The notes under the pieces were generated by a model that made no database searches, was not told the DNA's origin, and worked only from the letters and a program-made list of their open reading frames with translations. From positions 160,001 through 224,000 of IMG/VR virus record IMGVR_UViG_3300031998_000003: a stretch of DNA of 64,000 bases; one strand, written 5' to 3'. Made by a program: the position numbers and the translations under genes. Source of the DNA: a virus. Lineage: Duplodnaviria > Caudoviricetes. This document shows positions 17,525-27,814 of this stretch, piece by piece (position 1 is the stretch's first letter; the number at the start of each line of letters is the position of its first letter).

Positions 17525-18367
17525 TCAGATAACTGATAGTACCTCACATACATATTTTGTACATTCGGATTCTATACCGCGTTTGAAATCTGAGATTGCA
17601 AATGACAAGACGAGGTATATCGCCAAAATGATGTATATGTCAGTTTTTAAAACAATATTCGTGATCAATCGATTGATGAGATTATCAACATCGATATTAC
17701 AAGGGCTTTCATCTGACATGTAGAATTTGCAAACGCCATTGTAGTCCTGCTCAAAGAACATTCCGGCATCGTACTTTTCAACTTTATCCGGATCAATCTT
17801 GTTGCGTGACAAGAATGTTCGGATATCATTGATCGTGATGTTGTTTACAACGTACTCAATAGCAGGAGTCATGTTCGAGAACATCTGGAGCCGACATGTT
17901 GTAATCTCGTCGATGTATTTGAATAGACAGAAATAGATGTAGATATCATCAACAACATCCGCGAGTGTCACCTTGTTCTGATCAAGTGCCATGATGACTG
18001 GATGTGTTGGGTTCAGCGTGTTTCGAAGTTCATCCATTGTGACACGCTTTGCGATGCGTTCATAATCCGGAAGCTCATCGCGGTTCACAATGAATTCTCT
18101 TGTACGCTTTTTGTCAGTTTCATTGATTCTGATCGGAATTCTCTCTGGGACAGGAATGAAAGCATCGAGCGGGTTTGATTTCAATTCGATGTCCCATGTG
18201 AAATTCTTATAGTATTGCACATAATCATCACGGGAAAGAATTATGTGTTTACCATTGATCAGACCTGCAGCTTCAATGTATCCCTGGCATTGTGCCACGA
18301 GATACGTATGAATCTTTGATCGTTTGGAATTGATCTCATTGACCATTCCCTGCGGTAGTTTGAACAT
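17525..18367 (-). CDS. hypothetical protein (280 aa)
   Basis: GAAGGAG SD; long ORF in operon. Confidence 0.8.
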   Translation of the reverse strand: MFKLPQGMVNEINSKRSKIHTYLVAQCQGYIEAAGLINGKHIILSRDDYVQYYKNFTWDIELKSNPLDAFIPVPERIPIRINETDKKRTREFIVNRDELPDYERIAKRVTMDELRNTLNPTHPVIMALDQNKVTLADVVDDIYIYFCLFKYIDEITTCRLQMFSNMTPAIEYVVNNITINDIRTFLSRNKIDPDKVEKYDAGMFFEQDYNGVCKFYMSDESPCNIDVDNLINRLITNIVLKTDIYIILAIYLVLSFAISDFKRGIESECTKYVCEVLSVI

Positions 18368-18552
18368 CAGAACTCTCCTTCCGGTATGTTTTCTTGTTGT
18401 CTGTTTTTGTTTTTCTCATTATAGTATTTCTCACGTAGTGGGCAATAATTGTCCACTACGTAAGGAAAGCCGTTTCTTTGTATATGAACAAAAATGAAGT
18501 CATTCAATCGAATGATCGTCGATTGAACTGAGATTGAAGATGATTGTATCAT
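18367..18552 (-). CDS. small hypothetical protein (61 aa)
   Basis: GAAAGGA SD before ATG 18552; TGATG coupling to next gene. Confidence 0.45.
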   Translation of the reverse strand: MIQSSSISVQSTIIRLNDFIFVHIQRNGFPYVVDNYCPLREKYYNEKNKNRQQENIPEGEF

Positions 18553-18583
18553 AATTGTATTTCCTTTCAAATAGGATTACCCA

Positions 18584-18880
18584 TTAAGAAAGTTCATCAA
18601 CCATCTCATCAATTGCCGTGCTATCAAATGCTTGGCGTGCTTGTGCAATCGGATTCGAAGGTCCGTTGCTACTTGCAGCTGCCAATTGTTGTTGTTGCTG
18701 TTGATGTTCTTGCTTCTTCTGAAGCTTTCGGATTTCTCGAAGACGGTTTACGAATTTACGAGGCATTCGTAAGAGCATATCAATTGGGAGACATCTATTG
18801 AAGAGGTCTCCCAACTCGATCAGATCGACTCCATCTCTGTCAAGTTTATTTCGGTAGATGACAGCCTCCGAGAAAGCTGG
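18584..18880 (-). CDS. probable -1 frameshift extension (gpGT/gp51-like) of the upstream tail assembly chaperone
   Basis: -1 frame overlaps the 3' end of 18820..20601; no well-spaced SD for TTG 18814; LPIDMLLRMPRKFVNRL resembles the gpT-type motif. Confidence 0.6.
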   Translation of the reverse strand, partial: PAFSEAVIYRNKLDRDGVDLIELGDLFNRCLPIDMLLRMPRKFVNRLREIRKLQKKQEHQQQQQQLAAASSNGPSNPIAQARQAFDSTAIDEMVDELS

Positions 18881-20601
18881 AAAATCAGTGTTCCACCGAT
18901 ATCCGGAATCGGAATACGCTTCTCTTCACGACCACAAGCATCGCACTTGAAGTTCTCCAGATAGAAGTCCATCGGAGAGATGTTTTCAGCAGCAAGCTTG
19001 TTAACCAGTTGGAGGAGGATTGCAGCATCTCTCATGTCGAGGGATGTTGTAATGATCTTCTCAATATCATCCCAGTTGTCATAGCGATATTCAATGCCGT
19101 CGACAATCTTGGAGATTGCGGTAACGAACATCGCGTGTGCAAGCAGGTAAGAATATTCCGGATTGTTGTTGAGATAATCATCAATCTCTTCTTCACCGTT
19201 GAACATGTCACGATCTTCAGGCATGAATCTCTCACGCAACCGATCCATCAGCGGATAACGTCTGTTGATGAAATCATATGCTGACGGACGGTCATCGATC
19301 TCAACGATGTATCCGGTGTTCGGAAGCTTATAACGACGAATCGGGGAATTGAGCTTATTGAAGTGCTCAACTGCAGCCGTTCCAGGAGCGACAGCACCGG
19401 TCTTTTCCCATTCATACTTACCGATCAGCTCATCGTTAACGTGAATCAGTGTACGTGGATTGTACTTGATCTGATGTCTCTTTTCACACTTCGGGTTACC
19501 ACACTTGATCGTGATGGTTTCCTCTTCCTCAGAAGATGCAATCAGGATACCCCACATCAGCAGTTCACGGTCCATATACTTCGTCTTCTTCATGAAGTCT
19601 TCGAAGTCTTTGAAGTCACCGATAGAAACATTGGAAATGTGATCATAGATGATGCTCCACTGCTTCTTATCAGCATCAACACGACTTCCAGATGCAGGAG
19701 ACGAACCGAGCTGAATGAACTCGTAGTAGTTCAGCGGTTTCAACACGAGTCTGTATGCGGACAGCGGAAGTGTCAACGGCGTATCGAATACATCAGACTT
19801 GAACGGAGTGATGATACCATCACGTTGTGAGTTATTCACGATACGAGAACCTTGCAGTTCTTCACGTGTCACCTCAGTCACATAGATGTCAACACGATTG
19901 GTATGTGTCATTTCATTGACGACATTTTCATCAACATTAACCGTTACAGGAGTGCCACTTTCAACGTTGATATTGATTGTTGCCGGTTGATCCTTCGGAT
20001 TGGCCGGTTCTTCTTCCTGAGTAACTTCAGTTGCAGCCTGTGTAGCAGTGTCATTACTTGTATCCGGAGCAGTGTGACGCCAGCTCTTCAGAACAATATC
20101 CTCGAAATTCTGAGACGGTTCATCACCGCAGTAATAGTACTCCGACATCAGTTCGCCCATGACATGCATTCTGAAATCAGGGTCTTCATCTGTCGCGACC
20201 GGAATTTCACCAGATGTGATATGATTTTTCTGAAGGACTTTGTTGATCATGTTGGTAACGATCATCATGTTATTGCCCTGGAAGGCAATGTCCTGAGCTT
20301 GTGCTTCACGGTCATGCGGTTGCGGCGGCATGATCACACTCTTTGAAGCATTCTTCTTCTGAGCGAGCAATGCCTCATATTGTTGCTGACGCAGTTCTGC
20401 TTCCATACGCTCTTCTTCAGCCATCTCAAGTGCGAGATCATTTGTGCCATATTCATCTTCACCTTCAGTAGCAGCTTCCGGCGCTTCGGTGACGGTTTCT
20501 GCTTCAGGTTCTGAGAGAGGAGTGGGTTCCTCAGGTGTAACAATGTTTCCTTCACGACGAGAAATCAGAGCGTCGATCGGATCTACGAACTTGTCACTCA
20601 T
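18820..20601 (-). CDS. tail/baseplate assembly chaperone (T4 gp26-like) with long acidic N-terminal extension
   Basis: Two Zn-knuckle motifs (IKCGNPKC, FKCDACG), LTLPLS, YMDRELLMWGI; AAAGGAG SD. Confidence 0.6.
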   Translation of the reverse strand: MSDKFVDPIDALISRREGNIVTPEEPTPLSEPEAETVTEAPEAATEGEDEYGTNDLALEMAEEERMEAELRQQQYEALLAQKKNASKSVIMPPQPHDREAQAQDIAFQGNNMMIVTNMINKVLQKNHITSGEIPVATDEDPDFRMHVMGELMSEYYYCGDEPSQNFEDIVLKSWRHTAPDTSNDTATQAATEVTQEEEPANPKDQPATININVESGTPVTVNVDENVVNEMTHTNRVDIYVTEVTREELQGSRIVNNSQRDGIITPFKSDVFDTPLTLPLSAYRLVLKPLNYYEFIQLGSSPASGSRVDADKKQWSIIYDHISNVSIGDFKDFEDFMKKTKYMDRELLMWGILIASSEEEETITIKCGNPKCEKRHQIKYNPRTLIHVNDELIGKYEWEKTGAVAPGTAAVEHFNKLNSPIRRYKLPNTGYIVEIDDRPSAYDFINRRYPLMDRLRERFMPEDRDMFNGEEEIDDYLNNNPEYSYLLAHAMFVTAISKIVDGIEYRYDNWDDIEKIITTSLDMRDAAILLQLVNKLAAENISPMDFYLENFKCDACGREEKRIPIPDIGGTLIFQLSRRLSSTEINLTEMESI

Positions 20602-20643
20602 ATTACTTTCTCCTTTATCATGTTATTATTTCAAACAGAAACA

Positions 20644-20698
20644 TATATCATTCAAATGATATCCACCAGGTGTTCCGTATTGAAATTATAAGGGGTGT
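20644..20698. promoter_or_regulatory. face-to-face early-type (+) and late-type (-) promoter motifs
   Basis: + TATATCATT 20644-20652; - AC-ACCCCTT-ATAA 20698-20686. Confidence 0.5.
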
Positions 20699-20705
20699 TT
20701 AAACA

Positions 20706-21431
20706 ATGATTAATTTTAATCGAGAAAAATGCGAAAATCCGATGTTCGGAAAAACGCTGTGGTATAATCAGGATATTGAATTTTGTTTCAACAAAGAAAT
20801 TGTTGAATACGATATGCAGCAGGCTTCGTTGTCAGTTAGTAGACGATTTCATCTTCTAGACGATGATCTCCTTGATGAACTTGAACGTATGCCAAAGAAT
20901 ATCCGAACCAAAGAAGTTGGTTTGATCCAACGCAAAGACAAAGAGTTCTCTGACAATATGATCAATGGTGTACTTCAGACAAGAAAAGAATTCATTGAAG
21001 AAAATCAATTATCAGAAGAAGATATCATTACTTTGCATTCAGACGCGTTGATGTTTATCAAAAAGAAGTCAATAAAAGATAAGATCAACGGCGTCCAGTT
21101 TGTACACAAACACACATGGAACTCATACATCCGATATGGTAAAGTCGAGATGTTCTATGTCGATGGAACGATCGATTATAAAGGTATCCCGAAAGACATG
21201 CTTCAACAGCACACCATGGGCTTGAATCTTCATATATTACGGATCTTCGAAATGATGGAGAACTATGACGATGGGCTGATTCCATATCTGAGGAAATTCC
21301 AGAAACGATATCTGATGAATCAACTTCCAGATTACTATTATATTCCATTTGGACATACTGGTGAATTCAGATCATCAAATCTGAAGCTACTATCATATTT
21401 GGCGAAAATTGCAATTCACGAAATGAGGTGA
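20706..21431 (+). CDS. hypothetical protein with polymerase palm-like acidic motifs (241 aa)
   Basis: IVEYDMQQA (motif A-like) and IITLHSDALMF (motif C-like); function is inference. Confidence 0.6.
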   Translation: MINFNREKCENPMFGKTLWYNQDIEFCFNKEIVEYDMQQASLSVSRRFHLLDDDLLDELERMPKNIRTKEVGLIQRKDKEFSDNMINGVLQTRKEFIEENQLSEEDIITLHSDALMFIKKKSIKDKINGVQFVHKHTWNSYIRYGKVEMFYVDGTIDYKGIPKDMLQQHTMGLNLHILRIFEMMENYDDGLIPYLRKFQKRYLMNQLPDYYYIPFGHTGEFRSSNLKLLSYLAKIAIHEMR

Positions 21432-21435
21432 ATTT

Positions 21436-22101
21436 ATGGTCTATGGATTTAATCTGTATCCATTGAATATCACAATTCGAACAAAGCCCGTATATGTCTG
21501 GACTGAAGATCCTAATATGATGCGATTGTTTATGTTACAACATGGCATTGATCCAAAACTTGCACATGTTAGTATGTCTGATATGACAGAAGAATACAGA
21601 CGTCCAGTTCAAAATATGGGAATATATGAATTGACGATGTGGAAGTTTGGTTCCCGAGATGATAAGACGATCCACAACGTTGTTACAACCCAGGACATCA
21701 TGAATACAATCGTGACAAATGTTGCGATTGATCTATCCGGCGTGATGACACTCGGTGCTGCTGCACTCAGAGGAGATATACAAATCTTTGAGCATATCGC
21801 AAAACTTGTTGAAAGCTTGGATTTCGTATATATCAAAGATGCATTGACTGCAGATGCCGGCGGATGTGACGATGATTATTGGCTGGAAGCAAAAGCAGAT
21901 CGTGCGAAAGAGTATCCTTTCTATGAATCTACTGCCGTCAACCAAGATGATTCATTCCTATATGAACGACTGTATGATACGATTTATCCGGGTATGATTC
22001 AAGCTGTAACACTGGAATCGTATGTAAACATTTTTACCAAAATCTATATTATTGGCAATTCGGATTATGATTGCCCACAAGGAGATGAATTTGATGTCTA
22101 A
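21436..22101 (+). CDS. hypothetical protein (221 aa)
   Basis: GAGGTG SD; operon with neighbours. Confidence 0.8.
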   Translation: MVYGFNLYPLNITIRTKPVYVWTEDPNMMRLFMLQHGIDPKLAHVSMSDMTEEYRRPVQNMGIYELTMWKFGSRDDKTIHNVVTTQDIMNTIVTNVAIDLSGVMTLGAAALRGDIQIFEHIAKLVESLDFVYIKDALTADAGGCDDDYWLEAKADRAKEYPFYESTAVNQDDSFLYERLYDTIYPGMIQAVTLESYVNIFTKIYIIGNSDYDCPQGDEFDV

Positions 22102-22489
22102 ACCGAGTCTAAATGTACGTGAGATTGTGGAATCTCATACACCAAAGAACTACAAGTACTACATCAATATCAAGAGCGATGACACGCTAAAAGAACTTGA
22201 AACTTTGGGATATGATGTTTCCAATCTCGATACAATCAACCGTCCTGAGCTGATCAGACTTGCAATCAATGCGAATTACAAATATTATGGGCGTGAAGTG
22301 GTTGCTAGAGCAAAGGAACCGACAATCATGGAACGTGGTGTGATTCTGAATAAGAAGATGGCAACAAAAACCGACAAGAAACTGGAACAGGTTGGATTGG
22401 CGTTCTTCGATGAATCCGATGTTTCATATGTCGCAATTAAGCTATGCTATGCTTTATTCGACATATATGAAATCTTTATATTGACATAA
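22094..22489 (+). CDS. hypothetical protein (about 131 aa)
   Basis: AAGGAG SD supports ATG 22094; overlaps upstream stop. Confidence 0.75.
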   Translation: MSKPSLNVREIVESHTPKNYKYYINIKSDDTLKELETLGYDVSNLDTINRPELIRLAINANYKYYGREVVARAKEPTIMERGVILNKKMATKTDKKLEQVGLAFFDESDVSYVAIKLCYALFDIYEIFILT

Positions 22490-22529
22490 AGAGATTGGTG
22501 GGGGCGTTTGCCCCCACCAATTCTTTTTT
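22488..22529. terminator. bidirectional intrinsic terminator
   Basis: ATTGGTGGGGGC-GTTT-GCCCCCACCAAT flanked by A-rich and T-rich tracts between convergent genes. Confidence 0.85.
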
Positions 22530-22530
22530 C

Positions 22531-23637
22531 TTAGCGTTGATCCCATGCAGGAGGTGCTGCATACGGATTTGTGATATCCGTAGAGGTTCCATTTGCATCG
22601 GTATAGATCTTGGAGTGATCGCTTGCAGACAGCGTGTGAGATGCCATCTGATCGCGACGCACTGCCTGACCCTGTGCCTGGAAGATCGGAGCATTGCCGA
22701 CAGCAGACTGAACTGCATCGAGGTTCGGGCGATTTCCACCATTGAACATAGCAGTATCGATTTTGGTCGAGTTGGCGTCGGTGAAGAATGCATCGCCAGC
22801 ACCCGGGTTGAGGTTGAGCGAGTTGCCGAAGATGGCGAACTGCTGAACGTATCTGGATGCGAGGTCGTTGACATATGCCGACTGGATGAATTGGCAGCTG
22901 AAGGACAGAGTAACACTCTGAATCTGTGAACCACCAGTTGGGTTAGAGTTGAAGATCTCGTAACCGATCTTGTTCTGCGGGATGCAGCCGAGAGCCATTG
23001 CAGCAGCCTCAACACGTGCACCAGAACGATCCAGTGCAATGACGAGGAATTCTGCAACTTCCCATGCAGGAGACGGTTCGAGTGCTGCGTCGAATGCGAC
23101 ACCTGTCGGTGGCAGGAAGATACGACGTGCAACATTGTTCTCATCAATGCTACCAGCCACAAGACCCTGATAGTGTGTCAAACCGGTGATCTCATCAGAG
23201 ATACCATCAATCCACATGTTGTGGAAGTTGGCGATTGGACGGCCGACAAGTTCAGGAACTGTGATCTGAATTGACTGAGAATTGTTGGTATTCTGCACTG
23301 TCGGAATGTTGATACTTCTTGCAGCGAAACCACCCTGAAGCGGTTGTGATGCAAGCGAGTGATCGCCGAACTGGCACTGAATACCCGTGTTGTAGTATTC
23401 GATGACCTTCTTATACGTTGCGAACTCACGGTTCGTATACGCATCATTTCCATCACCACCGAAGTAGTGCATCAGGAAATACGGTCCGCGATACATAACA
23501 CAGATAACACGGTTTGTTGTCTCGGGGTTGAGACTCCGGAGTGTGTGAATATCCGGAGTCAGTCCGCCGAGCATACCAGTGTATTGTCTCAAGTCGCCGT
23601 TGTATTCACGGAGACCAGTTTGCAGACTAATTGCCAT
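22531..23637 (-). CDS. tail tube protein
   Basis: Immediately downstream of sheath; ITVPELVGRPI..FHNMWIDGISDEITGLTHY and AEFLVIALD tube-type pattern; highly expressed codon bias. Confidence 0.75.
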   Translation of the reverse strand: MAISLQTGLREYNGDLRQYTGMLGGLTPDIHTLRSLNPETTNRVICVMYRGPYFLMHYFGGDGNDAYTNREFATYKKVIEYYNTGIQCQFGDHSLASQPLQGGFAARSINIPTVQNTNNSQSIQITVPELVGRPIANFHNMWIDGISDEITGLTHYQGLVAGSIDENNVARRIFLPPTGVAFDAALEPSPAWEVAEFLVIALDRSGARVEAAAMALGCIPQNKIGYEIFNSNPTGGSQIQSVTLSFSCQFIQSAYVNDLASRYVQQFAIFGNSLNLNPGAGDAFFTDANSTKIDTAMFNGGNRPNLDAVQSAVGNAPIFQAQGQAVRRDQMASHTLSASDHSKIYTDANGTSTDITNPYAAPPAWDQR

Positions 23638-23663
23638 AGCTATTTCTCTCCTTTCTTAAAAAA

Positions 23664-26600
23664 TTAAGATTCCGTACGTCTGTTGACGTTGACGATGATC
23701 GGAACACGGAGGATGAGGCCGCGGAATGTGACGTTCACGATACAGATGACAATGTCACCGCCATCGATGTTGATGTCACGCTTGAACTCGAAGGTGAGTG
23801 TAGAAACGAGGTTGCCGACCCAGTTACCGAACATGGTGGTGACTTCGTCCTGAATCGTCTTGAGAACAGCGTCGTCGTCATACTCAAACAGCTTTTCATC
23901 CAGCTTGTTCTGCAGGAGATATACGAGCTGTGACAGCGTACGCATATTGGATTCCTGGAGCAGATCGGAAGTCGAGGACTCACGATACAGTGTTCTCTGA
24001 GAACGACGAGTGAGGTTGCCGTTGACATCGATAACCCATGCATTACCACCGGAGTTGTAGAGCAGCTCGCGGAGATCCCAGTCGGTTGCATCGATATCCG
24101 GGAAGTAAGACACGAACTCGTCGGAACGAATTGTGGTGTACTTGCCAGTGAACGGCTTGTTGACAGATGTGGACTTGCAGTGACCAATCAGATAGTCAAC
24201 CAGACGCTTTGCATAGGTGTATGCGATACCATCTGCAGAAGATACATAGCCACCGATATCCCAAGATGCGTTCGGGTTGTCGAAACGCTTCTCGAAAGAG
24301 GTGTTAATGAGCTTTGCTGTGACAGCATCTGTGACACCAGCATCCAGGTGCAGAGACAGACCGGAGCCAGGACCGATCGGACGATGGTCTTCCGGAATAC
24401 CCTGATAGATGCGGTGAATCATCAGATCATACATCGCCTGCTTGACGTCGATATCGTCATCAGCTCTCAGGTTTGCAGTCAAGGACTGATCATACATGAC
24501 GGATTCCTTTTCATCCTCAGTGAAGATGGTGGAAGCCTGGATCTTATCCTGAACGCTGTATGTCAGATATGGCAGAATTGTCTGTCCAACGATGGTGTTT
24601 GTACCGCCGTCAAAGAGATACTTTGCAGGCACACGGTTCGGTGAAAGAATACGAGGATCAATCTCGCCTCTGTATGCCTTGACAAGCAGTGCAGAGTAGA
24701 GCCACTTGAACTCGACATCTGACAAACTCTTGTCATCGAAGAAGCCGGTGCTACCATCTTCCAGCTTAATACCGCCACCCTTTGAAGTCATCTCATTGGT
24801 GCCGTATACAGCGGAGTAGTAGTTTGCCGGAACTTGGATGTACTCTTCCTTGGTGATTCTCCAGAAGGAACCCTGAGTTGAAGAGATGATATAACGATCA
24901 ATGCTTTCCGGTGTCGCAGTCTCATCCTGTGCAGGAACGAGGCTGTGCGCCTTGATGCAGAGTGTCAAAGCAGCACCAGATGCAAGCGTAACAGGAACCG
25001 GCTTATGGACAACCTTTGCAAGCGGTTCACCGGAAGAACCGGTACCCTTGTCATAGTATGTCTTGCCAGCAGTGAAGGTTTCATCTGCAGTCAGGCTGTA
25101 CACATGCGTTGAAGCATTGAGTTCATACAGACCGAGCTCATGAGGATTCGTTTCACCAGCCTGCTTGTTGTGAGCGGTGTACTTTGCAGTCGTGTTGGAG
25201 TACACATCTGCGCCGTTACCGATCAGAACGAATCTGAACTGTCCACCCGTCTGAGGAATGATGTCATCACCAGCATCGAGTGTGAGCGTGATACCATCCA
25301 GATAGCCGTTGGTACCATCGGAAGTAGCATCCTCATATGTGAAGCTGTCATGAACACCGCCAGGAACAACTGCTGTGAGGACGTTGCTACCTGCGGTGGT
25401 GGTGAACACAGTTTCAGCACCGTTTGAAGAAACGTATGCGAGGCCGATTGTTGCACCATTCGGGTAGTCAGCTTCCGGAACATTGACCTGATACTTGCCG
25501 ATTTCCTGGTTATTGCTGTTCTTGATGCTGATGTCCTGCTTCTTATGAACATTAGCTCCGGAGCCAGTTGTTGTAACAGGGCCGAAGACAATTGTCTTAG
25601 CAGTATTGAGGTTGAATACCTGATTATCAGTATCGAACTTGTAACCAGCGATAGCAGACTCATCAAGAGTGATGATGTCATACTCAGTTCCCATCAGATC
25701 AGACTTTTCACTGTCGAGAATCATGACAGGAGGCTTGCCGATCGCAGTCTTGTTACCAACAACTGCAGTACGACCGGTTGTTCCGACATTGTCAGAAGTG
25801 ATGTCGTAGTTGTTGACACGTACTGCATTATTGAAGTCATTGTCCTTCAGAATGACAGTAGCACCCGGCTGCAGCCATGCGAAGTCAGTTGCCTCAGTTG
25901 CAATCACATTACCGGAACCGGCAGAAGGCGGTGCCCAGTTAAGATATGCATAGAGATCATTCTTCGGATACTTCCAGACATAGAATGTCCAGTAGGTAGC
26001 CCAGATGTCATCAGACTGCTTTGCAAGATCCTTGATACCAGTAGTGATGCTTGCCGCAGAGATCGGATTATTCGAAACATAGAAGATGTCGAAGTCGCCG
26101 GTCTGGATGCCGCCCTCATCAACTTGCATAACAGCGACGGTTTCACCAGGGTTGACCTTGCCGTCTCTGAGAGCCTTACGAAGCAGCGTACCGAATTCAG
26201 TCGGTGCATTTGTCGACGGAACAAAGATCGTTGCGATCGTAGAAGTTGATGTACTCGCATTGGTTGTTGAGCCATCATCCGGCCACGATTTTGTCTGCGA
26301 ATCGTAGGTGATCAGGCCAGACAAGCTCGTGAGGGAGTTCATCTTGATCGTTGACACAGCGCCCGTATACTGGTTCACAGAAGCAACGACGTAGAAGTAC
26401 GGGTTCATGTTGCTTGCAAGGCCGGAATACAGATAGACATCACCGAGATGAACAGTATCGCCTTCGTCGGTAATACCTGCGGTGGATGTCTCAAGCAGTT
26501 GCTTGTTGATCGTCTGATATGCCTTGGCCTTAGCCTGCTCAGGAGTCAGAGACTCATCGTCTTCCGTCTTCAGAACATAAATTCTGTTGGTCTGCGGGAG

Positions 26601-27650
26601 CTCCTCGATATCAGAAGATCTCATGTCGACCTGGAAGAATGGCAGCTTATAGCCGTCATCAGTACCGTTGTAGATGTAATTACCGAAGATCACATCAAAT
26701 GTATTGATGTTGAGCATGATGTTGACCTTGTTAATGTAGTCCGGTGTCATGACTCTGTTGTTCGGAATTGTCACACCTTCCTCGATCATCTCACTGAGGT
26801 GCTGACGGTAGTCGTTGTAGAGCTCTTCGATTGCAGGCTCGTTCACATATGGAACAACAATCGAGGAACCTTCAACACGGCGCTTAATCTGTACGTTAAC
26901 AGATTCGATTGCGTCCGGACGAGAAGCATTCTCAGAGTTGATCAGAGAAGCCGAGAACTGTTCGATTGTCGCATCGGTCGTTGTATCGATCGTAGAGAAC
27001 ATGTAACGAACGTTCGGCGGGTTCTTGCCCTGATTGGTCTTATCGATGACAGTTGCAAACTTGTTGTAGACTGCACCGCGGCCAGCAGAGATATTGACGA
27101 TGAATGCACGCTTCTTCCATCTTTCACCATTCGGATCGGTGGAAGGCGGATCGGATGAAGCATTCGCATACGACTTGACAATTGCAGCATACAGCCGATC
27201 ACGGTTCGCATAGTTCGCCAGTGCACGATCCTGTGCAAAGCGATCTGTGTTGTAGCGGACGTGGATCATGTTATCAGTGCTATCTTTACGCCATTCAATG
27301 GTGATGATAGAATAAGCATAGGTTGCATCATCCGGTGTCACACGCAGAAGCTTTACAGGGCCACCCTGGCTGATCAATGATACCGGATAAGTCGCTGACT
27401 GACCGAACTTCTTGATGTCGCCAGAGCTCAGAGCTCTCAGGCCGTACGCAACGTTCAGAACATCCGAACGCTTGACATCGATCACGCGTCTGTCTTCACC
27501 CATCGGGAGACCTGTTACGACGATCGCGCCGTACATAGACGGTTCATCAGCAATGACGACCGGGAGATCACCAGTATACGAAGAATTGTCCACAATGTGC
27601 ACGAGCGTATGCGGAAATGGGTACTTCAGACCAAACTTCGTCTCAATCAT
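23664..27650 (-). CDS. contractile tail sheath protein with large central insertion (1328 aa)
   Basis: N-term HTLVHIVDNS, KKFGQ, LLRVTPDDATYA; C-term SQRTL...SDLLQESNMRTL and strand-rich end typical of sheaths. Confidence 0.85.
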   Translation of the reverse strand: MIETKFGLKYPFPHTLVHIVDNSSYTGDLPVVIADEPSMYGAIVVTGLPMGEDRRVIDVKRSDVLNVAYGLRALSSGDIKKFGQSATYPVSLISQGGPVKLLRVTPDDATYAYSIITIEWRKDSTDNMIHVRYNTDRFAQDRALANYANRDRLYAAIVKSYANASSDPPSTDPNGERWKKRAFIVNISAGRGAVYNKFATVIDKTNQGKNPPNVRYMFSTIDTTTDATIEQFSASLINSENASRPDAIESVNVQIKRRVEGSSIVVPYVNEPAIEELYNDYRQHLSEMIEEGVTIPNNRVMTPDYINKVNIMLNINTFDVIFGNYIYNGTDDGYKLPFFQVDMRSSDIEELPQTNRIYVLKTEDDESLTPEQAKAKAYQTINKQLLETSTAGITDEGDTVHLGDVYLYSGLASNMNPYFYVVASVNQYTGAVSTIKMNSLTSLSGLITYDSQTKSWPDDGSTTNASTSTSTIATIFVPSTNAPTEFGTLLRKALRDGKVNPGETVAVMQVDEGGIQTGDFDIFYVSNNPISAASITTGIKDLAKQSDDIWATYWTFYVWKYPKNDLYAYLNWAPPSAGSGNVIATEATDFAWLQPGATVILKDNDFNNAVRVNNYDITSDNVGTTGRTAVVGNKTAIGKPPVMILDSEKSDLMGTEYDIITLDESAIAGYKFDTDNQVFNLNTAKTIVFGPVTTTGSGANVHKKQDISIKNSNNQEIGKYQVNVPEADYPNGATIGLAYVSSNGAETVFTTTAGSNVLTAVVPGGVHDSFTYEDATSDGTNGYLDGITLTLDAGDDIIPQTGGQFRFVLIGNGADVYSNTTAKYTAHNKQAGETNPHELGLYELNASTHVYSLTADETFTAGKTYYDKGTGSSGEPLAKVVHKPVPVTLASGAALTLCIKAHSLVPAQDETATPESIDRYIISSTQGSFWRITKEEYIQVPANYYSAVYGTNEMTSKGGGIKLEDGSTGFFDDKSLSDVEFKWLYSALLVKAYRGEIDPRILSPNRVPAKYLFDGGTNTIVGQTILPYLTYSVQDKIQASTIFTEDEKESVMYDQSLTANLRADDDIDVKQAMYDLMIHRIYQGIPEDHRPIGPGSGLSLHLDAGVTDAVTAKLINTSFEKRFDNPNASWDIGGYVSSADGIAYTYAKRLVDYLIGHCKSTSVNKPFTGKYTTIRSDEFVSYFPDIDATDWDLRELLYNSGGNAWVIDVNGNLTRRSQRTLYRESSTSDLLQESNMRTLSQLVYLLQNKLDEKLFEYDDDAVLKTIQDEVTTMFGNWVGNLVSTLTFEFKRDINIDGGDIVICIVNVTFRGLILRVPIIVNVNRRTES

Positions 27651-27745
27651 TGGATATACTCTCCTTTTCTATAGATTTTTGGTTTGGTTCCTTATGAGAT
27701 AAAACGGGCATGATGAATCGCAAATCATGTGGTTAAACCTCACAA

Positions 27746-27757
27746 TTATCTTTTTGT
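27746..27757 (-). promoter_or_regulatory. late-type promoter motif for the sheath-tube operon
   Basis: AC-AAAAAG-ATAA on - strand. Confidence 0.5.
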
Positions 27758-27789
27758 GTGAAGCTCGATTAAACCGGCGAAATTGGGTA

Positions 27790-27811
27790 TGTGGGGGCCG
27801 AAGCCCCCACA
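27790..27811 (-). terminator. cUUCGg hairpin after 27815..28804
   Basis: TGTGGGGGC-TTCG-GCCCCCACA on - strand. Confidence 0.7.
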
Positions 27812-27814
27812 CAA

